NCBI GenBank assembly: GCA_965209035.1
Contig: OZ242372.1
Coordinates: forward strand, 1,344,001-1,408,000
Source: Gammaproteobacteria bacterium
Lineage (GTDB): Bacteria; Pseudomonadota; Gammaproteobacteria; CBDBNL01; JAAOII01
DNA length: 64,000 nt
Reading direction: 5' to 3'
Below the pieces are notes generated by a model. It was not told the origin of the DNA, made no database searches, and saw nothing but the letters and a program-made list of their open reading frames with translations. Shown in pieces: positions 51,835 to 61,293 of this stretch. The translations under genes were made by a program, and so were the position numbers. Each line of letters opens with the position of its first letter. Positions within the stretch are counted from its first letter, which is position 1.

Positions 51835-51901
51835 GCCGGCTCTTTGATCTGAGCACACACAATACCCAACCCGGCGTCCAAAACCTTTCCGGGGTTATGC
51901 A
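51835..51901 (+). mobile_element. degenerate MITE-family right end
   Basis: gccggctctttgatctgagcacacacaatacc..gtccaaaacctttccggggttatgca. Confidence 0.45.
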
Positions 51902-51953
51902 GAAGCCGAAAGCGTTGCCATATTTGGGAGATGAACTATAATCTCTTTCCGCA

Positions 51954-52736
51954 TTATTGATATGTGTATATGGTATACGAATCGAGAGTTCCGTCACCCG
52001 AGGAAAAATTGTGCCTGGTAAGTTGCCCTGCCTCATTGTAGATGTATGTGGTGGACTTATCGAGAGTGCCGTCAAAGTAAAAATTGCGCTTGGTGCGTTG
52101 CCCCGCCTCATTGTATGTGTATGTGATATAAAAATTGACAGTTCTGTCACCCCGGTAATTATTTTCCCTGGTGAGTTGTTCCGCCTCATTGTATCTGTAT
52201 GTGTAGTGGCTAATGAGAGCTCCGTCCGCCGAGTAATGATTTTTCCTGATAATTTTTCCCACAGCATTGTATATAGAGATGGAGTACGAATGGAGAGTTC
52301 CGTCAGTCAAGTAATTGTTTCTCCTTGTTTCTTGCCCTGTTTCATTGTATGTGTATGTTGAGTAACTTTTGAGATGTCCTTTACCCAAGTAAGTATTTTC
52401 TCTGGTGAGTTGCCCCGCAGGGTTGTATATATATGTGGAGTAAGCCCCGGGAATACCCCTACCCGAGTAAGTATTCAGCTTGGTGATGTTCCCCGCAGCA
52501 TTGTGTGTGGATATGGTGTACGAAACGAGAGTTCCGTCAGCCGAGTAAACATTTTTTCTGGTGCGTTGCTCTGCCTCATTGTCATTGTTGTCGTTATTAC
52601 CGGCACAAGCGGTGAGAAGGGCGACAAGTAATCCGCCGAGCAAGAACATTAAGGAGGACCTTTTGTGTTTGCCTGTAATTGTATTGGGATGGTGGGCCGT
52701 CCAATCCTGCCCGTTTTTGATCTTCTTATGCATCAC
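51954..52736 (-). CDS. lipoprotein with ~24-aa YD/RHS-like repeats
   Basis: Lipobox LLTAC; repeats Y.TY.YN.AGQ.TR.N.Y..DG.L; start codon uncertain. Confidence 0.75.
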   Translation of the reverse strand: MMHKKIKNGQDWTAHHPNTITGKHKRSSLMFLLGGLLVALLTACAGNNDNNDNEAEQRTRKNVYSADGTLVSYTISTHNAAGNITKLNTYSGRGIPGAYSTYIYNPAGQLTRENTYLGKGHLKSYSTYTYNETGQETRRNNYLTDGTLHSYSISIYNAVGKIIRKNHYSADGALISHYTYRYNEAEQLTRENNYRGDRTVNFYITYTYNEAGQRTKRNFYFDGTLDKSTTYIYNEAGQLTRHNFSSGDGTLDSYTIYTYQ

Positions 52737-53120
52737 TTAATTCTCAATTTCCTTCGTGTAAATCTGCTCCTCTTTACGAATAATTTCTTTTTCCGTTTCG
52801 TCATAGTAATGTCGCATAAACTTTTGACCCGGTTTTACGGTGAACAGAGGATCTATCCATTTCAATGTCCCGTTTGAATGATAATAACGCTCTTCCAACA
52901 ACATCCCATATCCGTTGTAGATGGCTCTTTTCTTCACATTTCCATCTTCATCAAAATAAGTTGATAGGACTAGGTTTTTATTATAGAGATCCTCCCAGTC
53001 CTTCCTCTTAATTGTTCCATCTTCTCTGTAATAGATTTTACCTTCTACCGGCACAGTGGTGCAACCGGAAAAAATGGTGGAGCAGATAACAATTAAGATA
53101 AACGCTTGTAGGTTCAACAT
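52737..53120 (-). CDS. small lipoprotein with MORN-like repeats
   Basis: Lipobox IFSGC; YYREDGTIK, YFDEDGNVK, YYHSNGTLK. Confidence 0.65.
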   Translation of the reverse strand: MLNLQAFILIVICSTIFSGCTTVPVEGKIYYREDGTIKRKDWEDLYNKNLVLSTYFDEDGNVKKRAIYNGYGMLLEERYYHSNGTLKWIDPLFTVKPGQKFMRHYYDETEKEIIRKEEQIYTKEIEN

Positions 53121-53311
53121 AAGAGATCCCGAATTCAGTGAGTTGGACAACTTCATTTCTCTCATTATAAAAGGAAGGGGGAAGCGTTTTATTATTCCGG
53201 GAAAAACTTGAAAGTCACCGCCCCGTACAAAACACAATAAAGCAAGACATCTGTTAAAAACAAGCAACAAACCGCGACAGATATTCTATAATAGATTTAT
53301 TGAATCGGATG

Positions 53312-53384
<73 letters not shown>

Positions 53385-53574
53385 TTTTTTTACATCCTTC
53401 AAACGGTTCAAATGCTCGCAATGTTTTCATCCCGCCCGCTGTTTTTGTCCTTGTCTTTATCTTTGCTCTTGCCTTTTCCCTTGTTCTTACCTTTGCGAAA
53501 CAAAGTTTACTGTCGGCTTGGATTTTTTCTTTGTTTAAAGGCGGGGTCAGTTTTGATGTAAAATATCGAGTACT

Positions 53575-53991
53575 ATGAACTACCATTATTTTGGTCAAAA
53601 CAGAAGTAAGACAAGAGTTTTTATCAGTTTTGATTATGATCATGATGCCTTTCTTAGAGAGGCGATTATTGAGCAAGCAAAAAACGACAGTTCTCCTTTT
53701 GAGATCGCGGATTGGTCTCTTAAAAAAGCATTACCCGGTGACTGGCAAGCAAAGGTCAGAGAGAGAATACGAAAGGTTGATGTTGTTGCGGTTATCTGCG
53801 GCTGGGATACGGATAAGGCATCCGGAGTCAGTGCCGAAGTAAGAATAGCACGAGAGGAAAAGAAACCGTACTTTTTACTAGAGGGCAAGAAAGAGGGAGG
53901 TTGTAAAAAGCCTGAGTATGCAAAATATACCGACAAAATTTATTCGTGGACCTGGGATAATCTTGAATTACTTATCGAAGGTCGGCGATAA
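53575..53991 (+). CDS. MTH538/ThsB-like TIR domain protein (DUF1863)
   Basis: RVFISFDYDHD..DWS..VRERIRKVDVVAVICG..GVSAEVRIA (catalytic-Glu position)..WTWDNL. Confidence 0.85.
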   Translation: MNYHYFGQNRSKTRVFISFDYDHDAFLREAIIEQAKNDSSPFEIADWSLKKALPGDWQAKVRERIRKVDVVAVICGWDTDKASGVSAEVRIAREEKKPYFLLEGKKEGGCKKPEYAKYTDKIYSWTWDNLELLIEGRR

Positions 53992-53993
53992 TC

Positions 53994-54497
53994 ATGTCCG
54001 ATAAACTATTCTCAAAAAAGAAGAAGGGTTATGGTAGTCAATATGACGAACATTTTTTTAAGCAATATAAGTTGTATCTTCAAAGTGCTGAAAAGATCAG
54101 TGACAGAAGACAGCAAGCAAATAATTATTTCATCACCATCAATGCCGCGTTGATTACTTTTTTGGGGTTGTCCTTTCGATTTAATGGTTTAGAATCTCTT
54201 GTTTGTGTGTACCTTTTATTCTGCTTATTAGGAGGTGTTATTTGTTTTATTTTTGGACATTTGATAAGATCCTATAAACAACTGAATACTGGAAAATTTC
54301 AGGTGATACATGAAATAGAACGACATTTGCCGCTCGCAATGTATGAACGCGAATGGCAGCTTTTGGGAGAAGGGAAAGATAAGAAAACTTATTTTCCGTT
54401 TTCTGATGTTGAGATTTGGGTGCCTCGGGTTTTTGGCGTATTATACGTGATTTTATTTATAGTATTTATATTTTCGGCATATCCTGTCTCACCCTGA
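53994..54497 (+). CDS. multi-TM membrane protein (RipA-family-like), putative effector
   Basis: QYKLY..SAEKISDRRQQANNYFITIN, TM segments, IRSYKQLNTGKF.VIHEIE, EW..LGEG; starts 2 nt after the TIR stop. Confidence 0.75.
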   Translation: MSDKLFSKKKKGYGSQYDEHFFKQYKLYLQSAEKISDRRQQANNYFITINAALITFLGLSFRFNGLESLVCVYLLFCLLGGVICFIFGHLIRSYKQLNTGKFQVIHEIERHLPLAMYEREWQLLGEGKDKKTYFPFSDVEIWVPRVFGVLYVILFIVFIFSAYPVSP

Positions 54498-54767
54498 CAG
54501 CAACAACTGCTTCTGCTTTTGTTGACTTAGCAATGATTTGTCGGCGATGCCAAAGTTCTCAATAAAACTTTTGGCGAAGGACATGTAATTATTTTGATAG
54601 TTTCTGCTGATATGGCAGATTCAGCATATCCTGTCTCACCCTGACAGCAACAACTGCTTTTGCTTTTGTTGCCTTAGTAACGATTTGTCGGCGATGCCGA
54701 AGTTCTCAATAAAACTTTTGGCGAAGGACATGTAATTATTTTGATAGTTTCTGCTGATATGGCAGAT
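54477..54767. repeat. 144-bp direct repeat (147-bp period) spanning the convergent ends of the membrane-protein and MTase genes
   Basis: 54477-54620 versus 54624-54767, 5 substitutions. Confidence 0.92.
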
Positions 54768-56186
54768 GTAGAATTCCATCTCTTTGGAGTTCAGATGTTT
54801 CGCCAAGCGGTTTAGGTCGCCGTCAAACTTGATGCAGTAGCCCGCATAAAAAGTGTACTCTTCTTTTTCCCAAACGATGAAGTTTGGTTTGAGGTTGATG
54901 GGCGAGGTTAGGATTTTCCGCTCAAACGAGGTATCCAACCCTTGCGCTCTGCCGAAGGCATACCATGCCACCGAATTGGGTTTGCCCTTGTCGCGGCTGT
55001 CCAAGTGATGTTTGATCGCCAAAAAATATTCATATGTTAACGGCAGGGTGTTTTTTAATTCATTTTCCGGGATGATGGTGTGCTTGTTATTTTCTTTGCG
55101 GTAGGGGAAAATCACATAACGATTTTGTTCTTCGTTGGGGTCTTTCAAAACGGAAGCCTTGATAATCGGCTTCAAAATGCTCTTCTCAATCTTAAAGGTT
55201 CTGCCGTCTTTTAATGTGATCTTTGCAACCTTGCCGTTAAACTCGGGGTTTTTGAAAATGTAAAAATCATCGGCAAGGGTTGTGATGCCGACATGTATTT
55301 TGGCGATACTTTTTAGCGGCATCCCTCTGTTCTCTATGCTATGTATTTTTTTGAGGGTGTCGCCGGATGTCAAAATCCAGTTGCCGCCATTAAACTTTTC
55401 CATATTGATTTTGTCAACATAATCGGTTTTTTCCGTATCGCCTTTGAATAAGGAAAAGATTTTTTGTTTGTGGTTTTTATCCAAGACGGTGATGACAGAG
55501 TAGGTGGTCGCATGTTCAAACAACTGATGGTGTCCAAAGTCAATCAAGGTTTTTAGCGAACTGCTTAGTTTGAGGAATTGCCGCAGGGGCTCGCCGGCTT
55601 TTGTTTTGAGGTAGGTGTTCGGCGTGATGTAGCCCAGTTTGCCGTTCTTGTTTAGCAAGGAGAGTCCGAGTTCAAAAAAGGCGATAAAAATATCGGTGGA
55701 GCCTTTTCTACATAGCATCCACTCGTTTTGAATTGCGGTGCGTCTGTCCCGGCCAAGGTGTTGAATTCTGATATAGGGCGGATTGCCGATAACAAAGTCA
55801 AAAGAATTGAAATAGGCACTGACAAAGGTTCTGTCCAGGCTGTCGGTTTTGATGATATTCCACTTGATGTTTCGGTTGATCCGGTGCTTTGTGGCAATTT
55901 CGTTCAGTGTGCGGATGCATTTTTTGATGGCGTCGCCGTCCGTATCAAACCCCCACACATTTTTTTCCAAAGATGTTTTCATCTGTTGCGGGCTCAGTTT
56001 TTGCCGGCGCGCGTCGGCAATCCATCTTTCCGCCACTTCGCTTAAGAATGCCCCGTCGCCGCAGGCCGGGTCAATAATCTTTTTATGACAGATGTTGTTT
56101 TTGTAATCCAAATGGTCCAAAATCAGATCAACGATCCGTTTCGGAGTGTAAACAACACCATTTAATTTTGCATTGTGCGTGTGCAT
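54636..56186 (-). CDS. orphan gamma-class N6-adenine DNA methyltransferase
   Basis: GVVYTP, IDPACGDGAF, IGNPPY; start uncertain (56186 or 56237). Confidence 0.88.
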   Translation of the reverse strand: MHTHNAKLNGVVYTPKRIVDLILDHLDYKNNICHKKIIDPACGDGAFLSEVAERWIADARRQKLSPQQMKTSLEKNVWGFDTDGDAIKKCIRTLNEIATKHRINRNIKWNIIKTDSLDRTFVSAYFNSFDFVIGNPPYIRIQHLGRDRRTAIQNEWMLCRKGSTDIFIAFFELGLSLLNKNGKLGYITPNTYLKTKAGEPLRQFLKLSSSLKTLIDFGHHQLFEHATTYSVITVLDKNHKQKIFSLFKGDTEKTDYVDKINMEKFNGGNWILTSGDTLKKIHSIENRGMPLKSIAKIHVGITTLADDFYIFKNPEFNGKVAKITLKDGRTFKIEKSILKPIIKASVLKDPNEEQNRYVIFPYRKENNKHTIIPENELKNTLPLTYEYFLAIKHHLDSRDKGKPNSVAWYAFGRAQGLDTSFERKILTSPINLKPNFIVWEKEEYTFYAGYCIKFDGDLNRLAKHLNSKEMEFYICHISRNYQNNYMSFAKSFIENFGIADKSLLRQQKQKQLLLSG

Positions 56187-56230
56187 ACCGCGATCCGGAT
56201 GAACACAAAGAGACATTCCCTCCATCCCCT

Positions 56231-57550
56231 CTACCACAACAACCGGACTGCCGCCAGGGTGACGGCCGGTGTGGCGATGAGGATGCCGGTGCGGATGATG
56301 TCGGTTAGGATGAAGGGCAGGACGCCTTTGAAGGTTTCGGATACGGGTGTTTGCGGGGTGAACGAATTGATGAGGAGGGTGTTCATCCCCATTGGCGGTG
56401 TGATGAGACCGGTTTCAACAACCATTAGGGCGAGAATGCCGAACCAGAGGGCGGTTTCCTCGGGCGACATGCCGAAATCCAAACTCATAATGGCGGGGAA
56501 GAACAGGGGCATGGTGATGAGGAGCATGGATAAACTTTCCATGATGCAGCCGAGTAGGATGTAGGCGGCAAGAATCAGGATGAGAATGATGTAGGGCGAC
56601 AGGTTGCTTTGCCCGACCCAGTCGGTCATCCAAATCGGCAGACCGCTTAGCGAAAGGAAGGCGCCGAAGAACTGGGCGCCGAGGATGATGAGATAAACCG
56701 AGGCGGTGGTTACGGCGGTTTCTTTTAGTCCTTCCAGTAAACTCCGCCAATTCATTCGTTTTAGACAGAAGGCGAGGATGGCGGCGAGGCATGCGCCGAT
56801 TGCCGCGGCTTCGGTTGGCGTGAAGATGCCGCCGTAGATGCCGCCCAGGACGATGAAGAAGATGAGCGCGATATGCCAGGCACTGCGGAGGTGGCGCAGG
56901 CGGACCTTGCCGCCGCTTTTTTCGGTTTTGGGGGCACTGCCCGGGCGCAGGCGGATGTAGACGCCAATGGTGATGAGATATGCGATGACGGAGAGCAGGG
57001 CGGGTCCGACGGCGGCGACAAACAATTTGATGAGGTTTTGTTCGGCGACTATGGAATAGACCACCAGCACGACGGACGGCGGTATGAGAATGCCGAGTGT
57101 TCCGCCGGCGGCAAGTACCCCGCCGGCGAAGGCGGGGGCATAGTTGAGGCGGCGCATTTCCGGGAGGGCGATGCGTCCGATGGTGGTGGCGGTTGCCAGC
57201 GAGGAGCCGCAGACGGCGCCGAAGCCGGCACAGGCGCAGACCGATGCCATGGCGACCCCGCCTTTGCGGTGTCCGAGCAGGCTGTTCATCAGGTTGAACA
57301 GGTCGGCACTGAGGCCGCCGCGGGCGGCAAACATACCCATCAAAAGAAAGAAGGGGATGACGGACAGGGGGTAGGACGCAAACAGATGATAGGGGTCGTT
57401 GTAAAACTTGGTGAGCATCGGCTCCCAGCCGATGAGGAGGCCGCCGCCGTAAAATCCGGTGAATAGCATCGCGATGGCAACGGGGATTCTGAGAATGATC
57501 AATCCAAAGAGGACGACGAAACCGAGTATGCCGAGTATGGGGTCGCTCAT
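56231..57550 (-). CDS. dctM: TRAP transporter large permease
   Basis: IPFFLLMG, GAVCGSSLAT, GGTLGILIPPS, FTPTEAAA, GLITPPMGMN; start MSDPILG at 57550. Confidence 0.92.
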   Translation of the reverse strand: MSDPILGILGFVVLFGLIILRIPVAIAMLFTGFYGGGLLIGWEPMLTKFYNDPYHLFASYPLSVIPFFLLMGMFAARGGLSADLFNLMNSLLGHRKGGVAMASVCACAGFGAVCGSSLATATTIGRIALPEMRRLNYAPAFAGGVLAAGGTLGILIPPSVVLVVYSIVAEQNLIKLFVAAVGPALLSVIAYLITIGVYIRLRPGSAPKTEKSGGKVRLRHLRSAWHIALIFFIVLGGIYGGIFTPTEAAAIGACLAAILAFCLKRMNWRSLLEGLKETAVTTASVYLIILGAQFFGAFLSLSGLPIWMTDWVGQSNLSPYIILILILAAYILLGCIMESLSMLLITMPLFFPAIMSLDFGMSPEETALWFGILALMVVETGLITPPMGMNTLLINSFTPQTPVSETFKGVLPFILTDIIRTGILIATPAVTLAAVRLLW

Positions 57551-57915
57551 GGGGCCTGCTTTGTCATCCGTGTGGGGGTGTTTGGGTGTTCGGACAAAAA
57601 CGAGGAGCGGCTGCGGATGCAAGTTGTCTCTTGCTTCCCGCCTCGCCCGGGCATCTTGAGTATGAGTTCGCTCATGGGATCTGCTTTGTCAACCGTGTGT
57701 GGTGTTCGGGCGTTCGGACAAAAACGAGGAGCGGCTGCGGATAGGGGCTGCCTCCCGCCTCTTGCTTCCCGTCTCCCGTCTCGCCCGGGCATCTTGAGTA
57801 TGAGTTCGCTCATGGGATCTGCTTTGTCATCCGTGTTCGGGCGTTTGGGTGTTCGGACAAAAACGAGGAGCGGCTGCGGATGCAAGTTGTCTCTTGCTTC
57901 CCGCCTCGCCCGGGT
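57545..57915 (-). repeat. three tandem 125-138-bp copies of the dctM start region
   Basis: Minus-strand ATGs at 57550, 57675 and 57813 (MSDPILGI versus MSELILKM) with repeated upstream sequence. Confidence 0.85.
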
Positions 57916-57929
57916 ATGCCGGACAGGGT

Positions 57930-58538
57930 TCACCGGCTTTTTTGCGGGTGGCGAAGGGATGCGGCAACTTCGGCGTAGGAACTGTGAAAGCGATGGATGC
58001 CGACGAGGAGCAGTATGATCAGTGCGGGGGTGACGGCGACATGCGCCCACCAAACGGGGATGGCGAGCACGACTGTTTCTTCGCCATAGGCGCGCAGTGC
58101 CAGTCCGCCGCGCGGGATGTATAAAAAAAGCAGAAGGGCAAACACAAGAAACAGAAGGTTGCCGGCGGCATCCAGCCAGGGGCGGAATGCGGCCGGGATC
58201 ATTTCAAGGCGGACGGCGAGGTGCCCGCCGGACAAATGGGCCCATGGCAAAAAATAAAAGACGGCGATGGCACAGCCTATTTTGACGATCTCAAAATCGC
58301 CGTTAAGGGGAGCGGAGAACAGGCTTCTGCCGAGGACAGAAGTGGCGGTCAGGCAGACGAGTAGCATTAACACAAAACCCCCGATGATGGCGGCACCGCC
58401 GCTGAGTTTGCGGATGAGGGTTGTTATCGGGGTAGCAGATTTTTTTTTGAGGTTCTTTGGGAGGCTTGCAGGTCTTTTGGGTCTTTTGAGGTGAGCGTTT
58501 CGCATTTGGGTTTGTGTTTTCTTTTCTTTATGATTCAT
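57930..58538 (-). CDS. dctQ: TRAP transporter small permease
   Basis: SVLGRSLFSAPLNGDFEIV, LPWA...GGHL, GEETVVLAIPVWW; start uncertain. Confidence 0.85.
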   Translation of the reverse strand: MNHKEKKTQTQMRNAHLKRPKRPASLPKNLKKKSATPITTLIRKLSGGAAIIGGFVLMLLVCLTATSVLGRSLFSAPLNGDFEIVKIGCAIAVFYFLPWAHLSGGHLAVRLEMIPAAFRPWLDAAGNLLFLVFALLLFLYIPRGGLALRAYGEETVVLAIPVWWAHVAVTPALIILLLVGIHRFHSSYAEVAASLRHPQKSR

Positions 58539-59030
58539 CTTTCACTATTTGTTCTTCGTTCCTCGTTCTTTGCCCTTCGTGTTTCGTTCCTTGCTCTTGC
58601 TTTTACCTGCGTTTGTTTCCCGGTAGTTGGTCCACTATTTCGGGGCGGGTCGGGAAACAGTCCGGGGACCTTGTTGTTTCTTTGCCGGCGTTCTTTGGAA
58701 GGCATTCATTCCGGGGCGAGGCGGGAAACAGCCCGGCGACCTTGTTGTTTCTTTGTCGGCATTCTTTGGGAGGCATTCATTCCGGGTCGGGATCGGCGGC
58801 AGGGTTGGAGCTTGCATTTCCATTTTCTTTTCTTTATGATTCATCTTTCACTATTTGTTCTTCGTCTTTCGTGTCTCGTGTTTTATTCCTCTATTCCTCG
58901 CTCTCGCCTTTACCTGTGTCTGTTCTCCGGCCGCCGGTCCGCTATTTCGGGGCGGGGCGGGAAACAGCCCGGGGACCTTGTTGTTTCTTTGCCGGCATTC
59001 TTTGGAAGGCATTCATTCCGGGTCGGGGTC
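58517..59030 (-). repeat. ~306-bp tandem duplication of the ddl-stop to dctQ-start junction, with a nested ~70-bp duplication
   Basis: MNHKEKK starts at 58538 and 58844; ddl end (attcattccggg) appears at ~58706, ~58777 and 59013. Confidence 0.85.
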
Positions 59031-60239
59031 GGTGGCGGAGCCGGGGTCAGTTGCGGCGGCAGAGCCGGGGTTAGCGGCGGACGAGTTGCCGAGTGCGTCC
59101 CGAACGAGTTTGTCCGCCAGTTGTGGCAGCGGGATGCCTTTGAGGGCGAGGAGTTTGGGATACATACTGATAGAGGTGAAACCGGGGATGGTTTGGACTT
59201 CATTAATGAGAAGTTTTTCGTCATCGGTTAGAAAGAGGTCCAGTCGCATGATGTGTCTTCCTTCCAGCAGTTGGAACGCGCTGCGGGCAATTCTTGCTAT
59301 TTCCGCGTTCAGGTGCGGCGGGAGTTCGGCGGGAGTTTGCAGACTCACCAGGGGTTCTCCCGCCGATGTCGTTTTGTCATCCGAGTGGTACTTGGCATCA
59401 TAGTCGTAAAACCGGTGTTTGTTGCGGACAATGATCTCGCCCGCCAAAGAGACCGTGATTTCTTTGGCGGTCTGCAACACGGCACACTCCAACTCTCTGC
59501 CGTTCGTGTGTTGCTCCACCAGAACTTTTGTGTCCAAAGCGAATGCCTGTTTCAGGGACGCGGCATACTCGCCCGCCGTTTCCGCACAGCGGATGCCGAG
59601 CGAAGAGCCGAGACCCGCCGGCTTCACCCACAGCGGACTGCCGAGTTGCTTAACCGCCGTGTCGTAATCCAACTCACTCGGCGAGGAGATGGCAATATGC
59701 GGGACGACCGGTAGGCCGCCTTCTCGCAGGAGGCGTTTGGTGATGTCCTTGTCGTTGGTGACTGCCGAGCCGATGATGCCGGCGCCGACAAACGGCAGCG
59801 AGCAGCCGGTTAGCATCCCCTGGACCATACCGTCTTCACCGCGAATGCCGTGCAGGACGGGAAAGACAACATCCGGTCGCAGAATAATTCGCCCGTCGCC
59901 CGGATTGCTGTCCGACCGGACGGCATTGATGACACAGGCGGGCAGACTTTCAATGCCCGGGCTGTCGGCGGCCCCGTCTTTTCTCTTTCCGTCCCCGTCG
60001 CCGAGCGCAAAACCGCCCGCTTCGCCCGGCACAAGTGCCAGACGGCCGAGTTTTTTGGCGTCTGCGCGGATTCTATCCTGCAGCCACCAACCGCCCTGTT
60101 TGTCTATGTATAGGCAAAGGACGGCGTAGCCGGCTTCCGTCAGTGCCGCCGCAACGGACGCGGCGGAAATCAGCGAGATTTCGTGTTCCACCGATTGGCC
60201 GCCGCACAGCACGGCGACCGTTATTTTTTTTGTCGTCAT
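59013..60239 (-). CDS. ddl: D-alanine--D-alanine ligase
   Basis: GGQSVEHEIS, FPVLHG..GEDG, KPAGLGSSLG, GRELEC, YDYDAKY, NEVQTIPGFT..SMYP. Confidence 0.95.
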   Translation of the reverse strand: MTTKKITVAVLCGGQSVEHEISLISAASVAAALTEAGYAVLCLYIDKQGGWWLQDRIRADAKKLGRLALVPGEAGGFALGDGDGKRKDGAADSPGIESLPACVINAVRSDSNPGDGRIILRPDVVFPVLHGIRGEDGMVQGMLTGCSLPFVGAGIIGSAVTNDKDITKRLLREGGLPVVPHIAISSPSELDYDTAVKQLGSPLWVKPAGLGSSLGIRCAETAGEYAASLKQAFALDTKVLVEQHTNGRELECAVLQTAKEITVSLAGEIIVRNKHRFYDYDAKYHSDDKTTSAGEPLVSLQTPAELPPHLNAEIARIARSAFQLLEGRHIMRLDLFLTDDEKLLINEVQTIPGFTSISMYPKLLALKGIPLPQLADKLVRDALGNSSAANPGSAAATDPGSATDPDPE

Positions 60240-60527
60240 ACCGATATGGGTTGCGCCGGCGAGGTTATCCGTGCCATGACCCGGACGGCGTTTTCGGTGG
60301 CGGGCATTTGCATTTGATGGACAACCTTAATCATTTAATCGTTTAATGATTCGGCAGGGACGGGTGCGTTCGACGGGAATTCCGGTGTGCGCATGCCGGA
60401 GATGCCTTGCTGTTTTTTTGTTACTTTTTGTTGCTTTGCCATATGCATAAGATGAGGTATTCACGGATATATTCTATGTTCTTTGTGGCGGTGACGGCGA
60501 CGATGTTGGCGTTTACGGAAACGGAAC

Positions 60528-61223
60528 TTATCGGGATTCTGTTTGCGGGGAGAGGAGTGCCATTAATCTTTTGGCATATTCGGCAACGGGCAATCGCTTG
60601 TCAATGTTGAGAATGCGATCCGCACAGGCACGGTAAACGGGGTCTCGGGTGTGCAGCATCTCCGAGATTCTTTTTTGTTTGGCAGTGCGGTCCGAGTTTG
60701 CGGGCCGGTCGGCGGTCGGGTTGGGCGATAGCATTGGGCGGGTATCATTGTCGGCGAGTCTTTCGGTCAGAAGAGCCACATCCGCATGCAGGTAAATAAC
60801 ATATCGGGGATTGCTTTGGGTCAGCAGCAATCGGTTTTGCTCGCGCATCACCAGTCCGCCGCCGCATGACAGGACGCCGTCGGGTTTTTGCAGAATGTCG
60901 ACAAGCACGGCACTTTCCAGATCGCGAAACACTGTCTCGCCGTCTTCTGCAAAAATCTTACGGATGGTCTTGCCTGCCAGTTGCTCTATTTCGGCGTCCG
61001 CTTCGTAGAACGGGACAGATAATTGGTCGGCAACGCAAGAACCGAGTTTGCTTTTGCCGCTGCCGGGCATCCCGATCAGAACAATATGGCCGCCATCCGT
61101 GCGCGGTATGGATGTGGGCGCCCGCGGCCGGAGCTCCGCCTCCGTGGATGGGGTTTGCGTGCGTTTCCGTGTCCGGGACTCCGTGGGTGTGGTTTGCGTG
61201 CGTGTGCGTTTCCGGGATTGCAT
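60528..61223 (-). CDS. aroK: shikimate kinase with repetitive N-terminal extension (start uncertain)
   Basis: LIGMPGSGKS, GETVFRDLE, SCGGG, RPML, RDPVY. Confidence 0.9.
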   Translation of the reverse strand: MQSRKRTRTQTTPTESRTRKRTQTPSTEAELRPRAPTSIPRTDGGHIVLIGMPGSGKSKLGSCVADQLSVPFYEADAEIEQLAGKTIRKIFAEDGETVFRDLESAVLVDILQKPDGVLSCGGGLVMREQNRLLLTQSNPRYVIYLHADVALLTERLADNDTRPMLSPNPTADRPANSDRTAKQKRISEMLHTRDPVYRACADRILNIDKRLPVAEYAKRLMALLSPQTESR

Positions 61224-61293
61224 GTGCTGTCGGCCGCGGCCGCTTTCTCGGTGGTGCGGGGAAAAAGAAACTCCGGTTAGCGGTCTTGGGAGA

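Noticed and set aside
57547-59403. Overlapping ORFs across the dctM/dctQ/ddl junctions
   Set aside because: They derive from the junction duplications and antisense frames.
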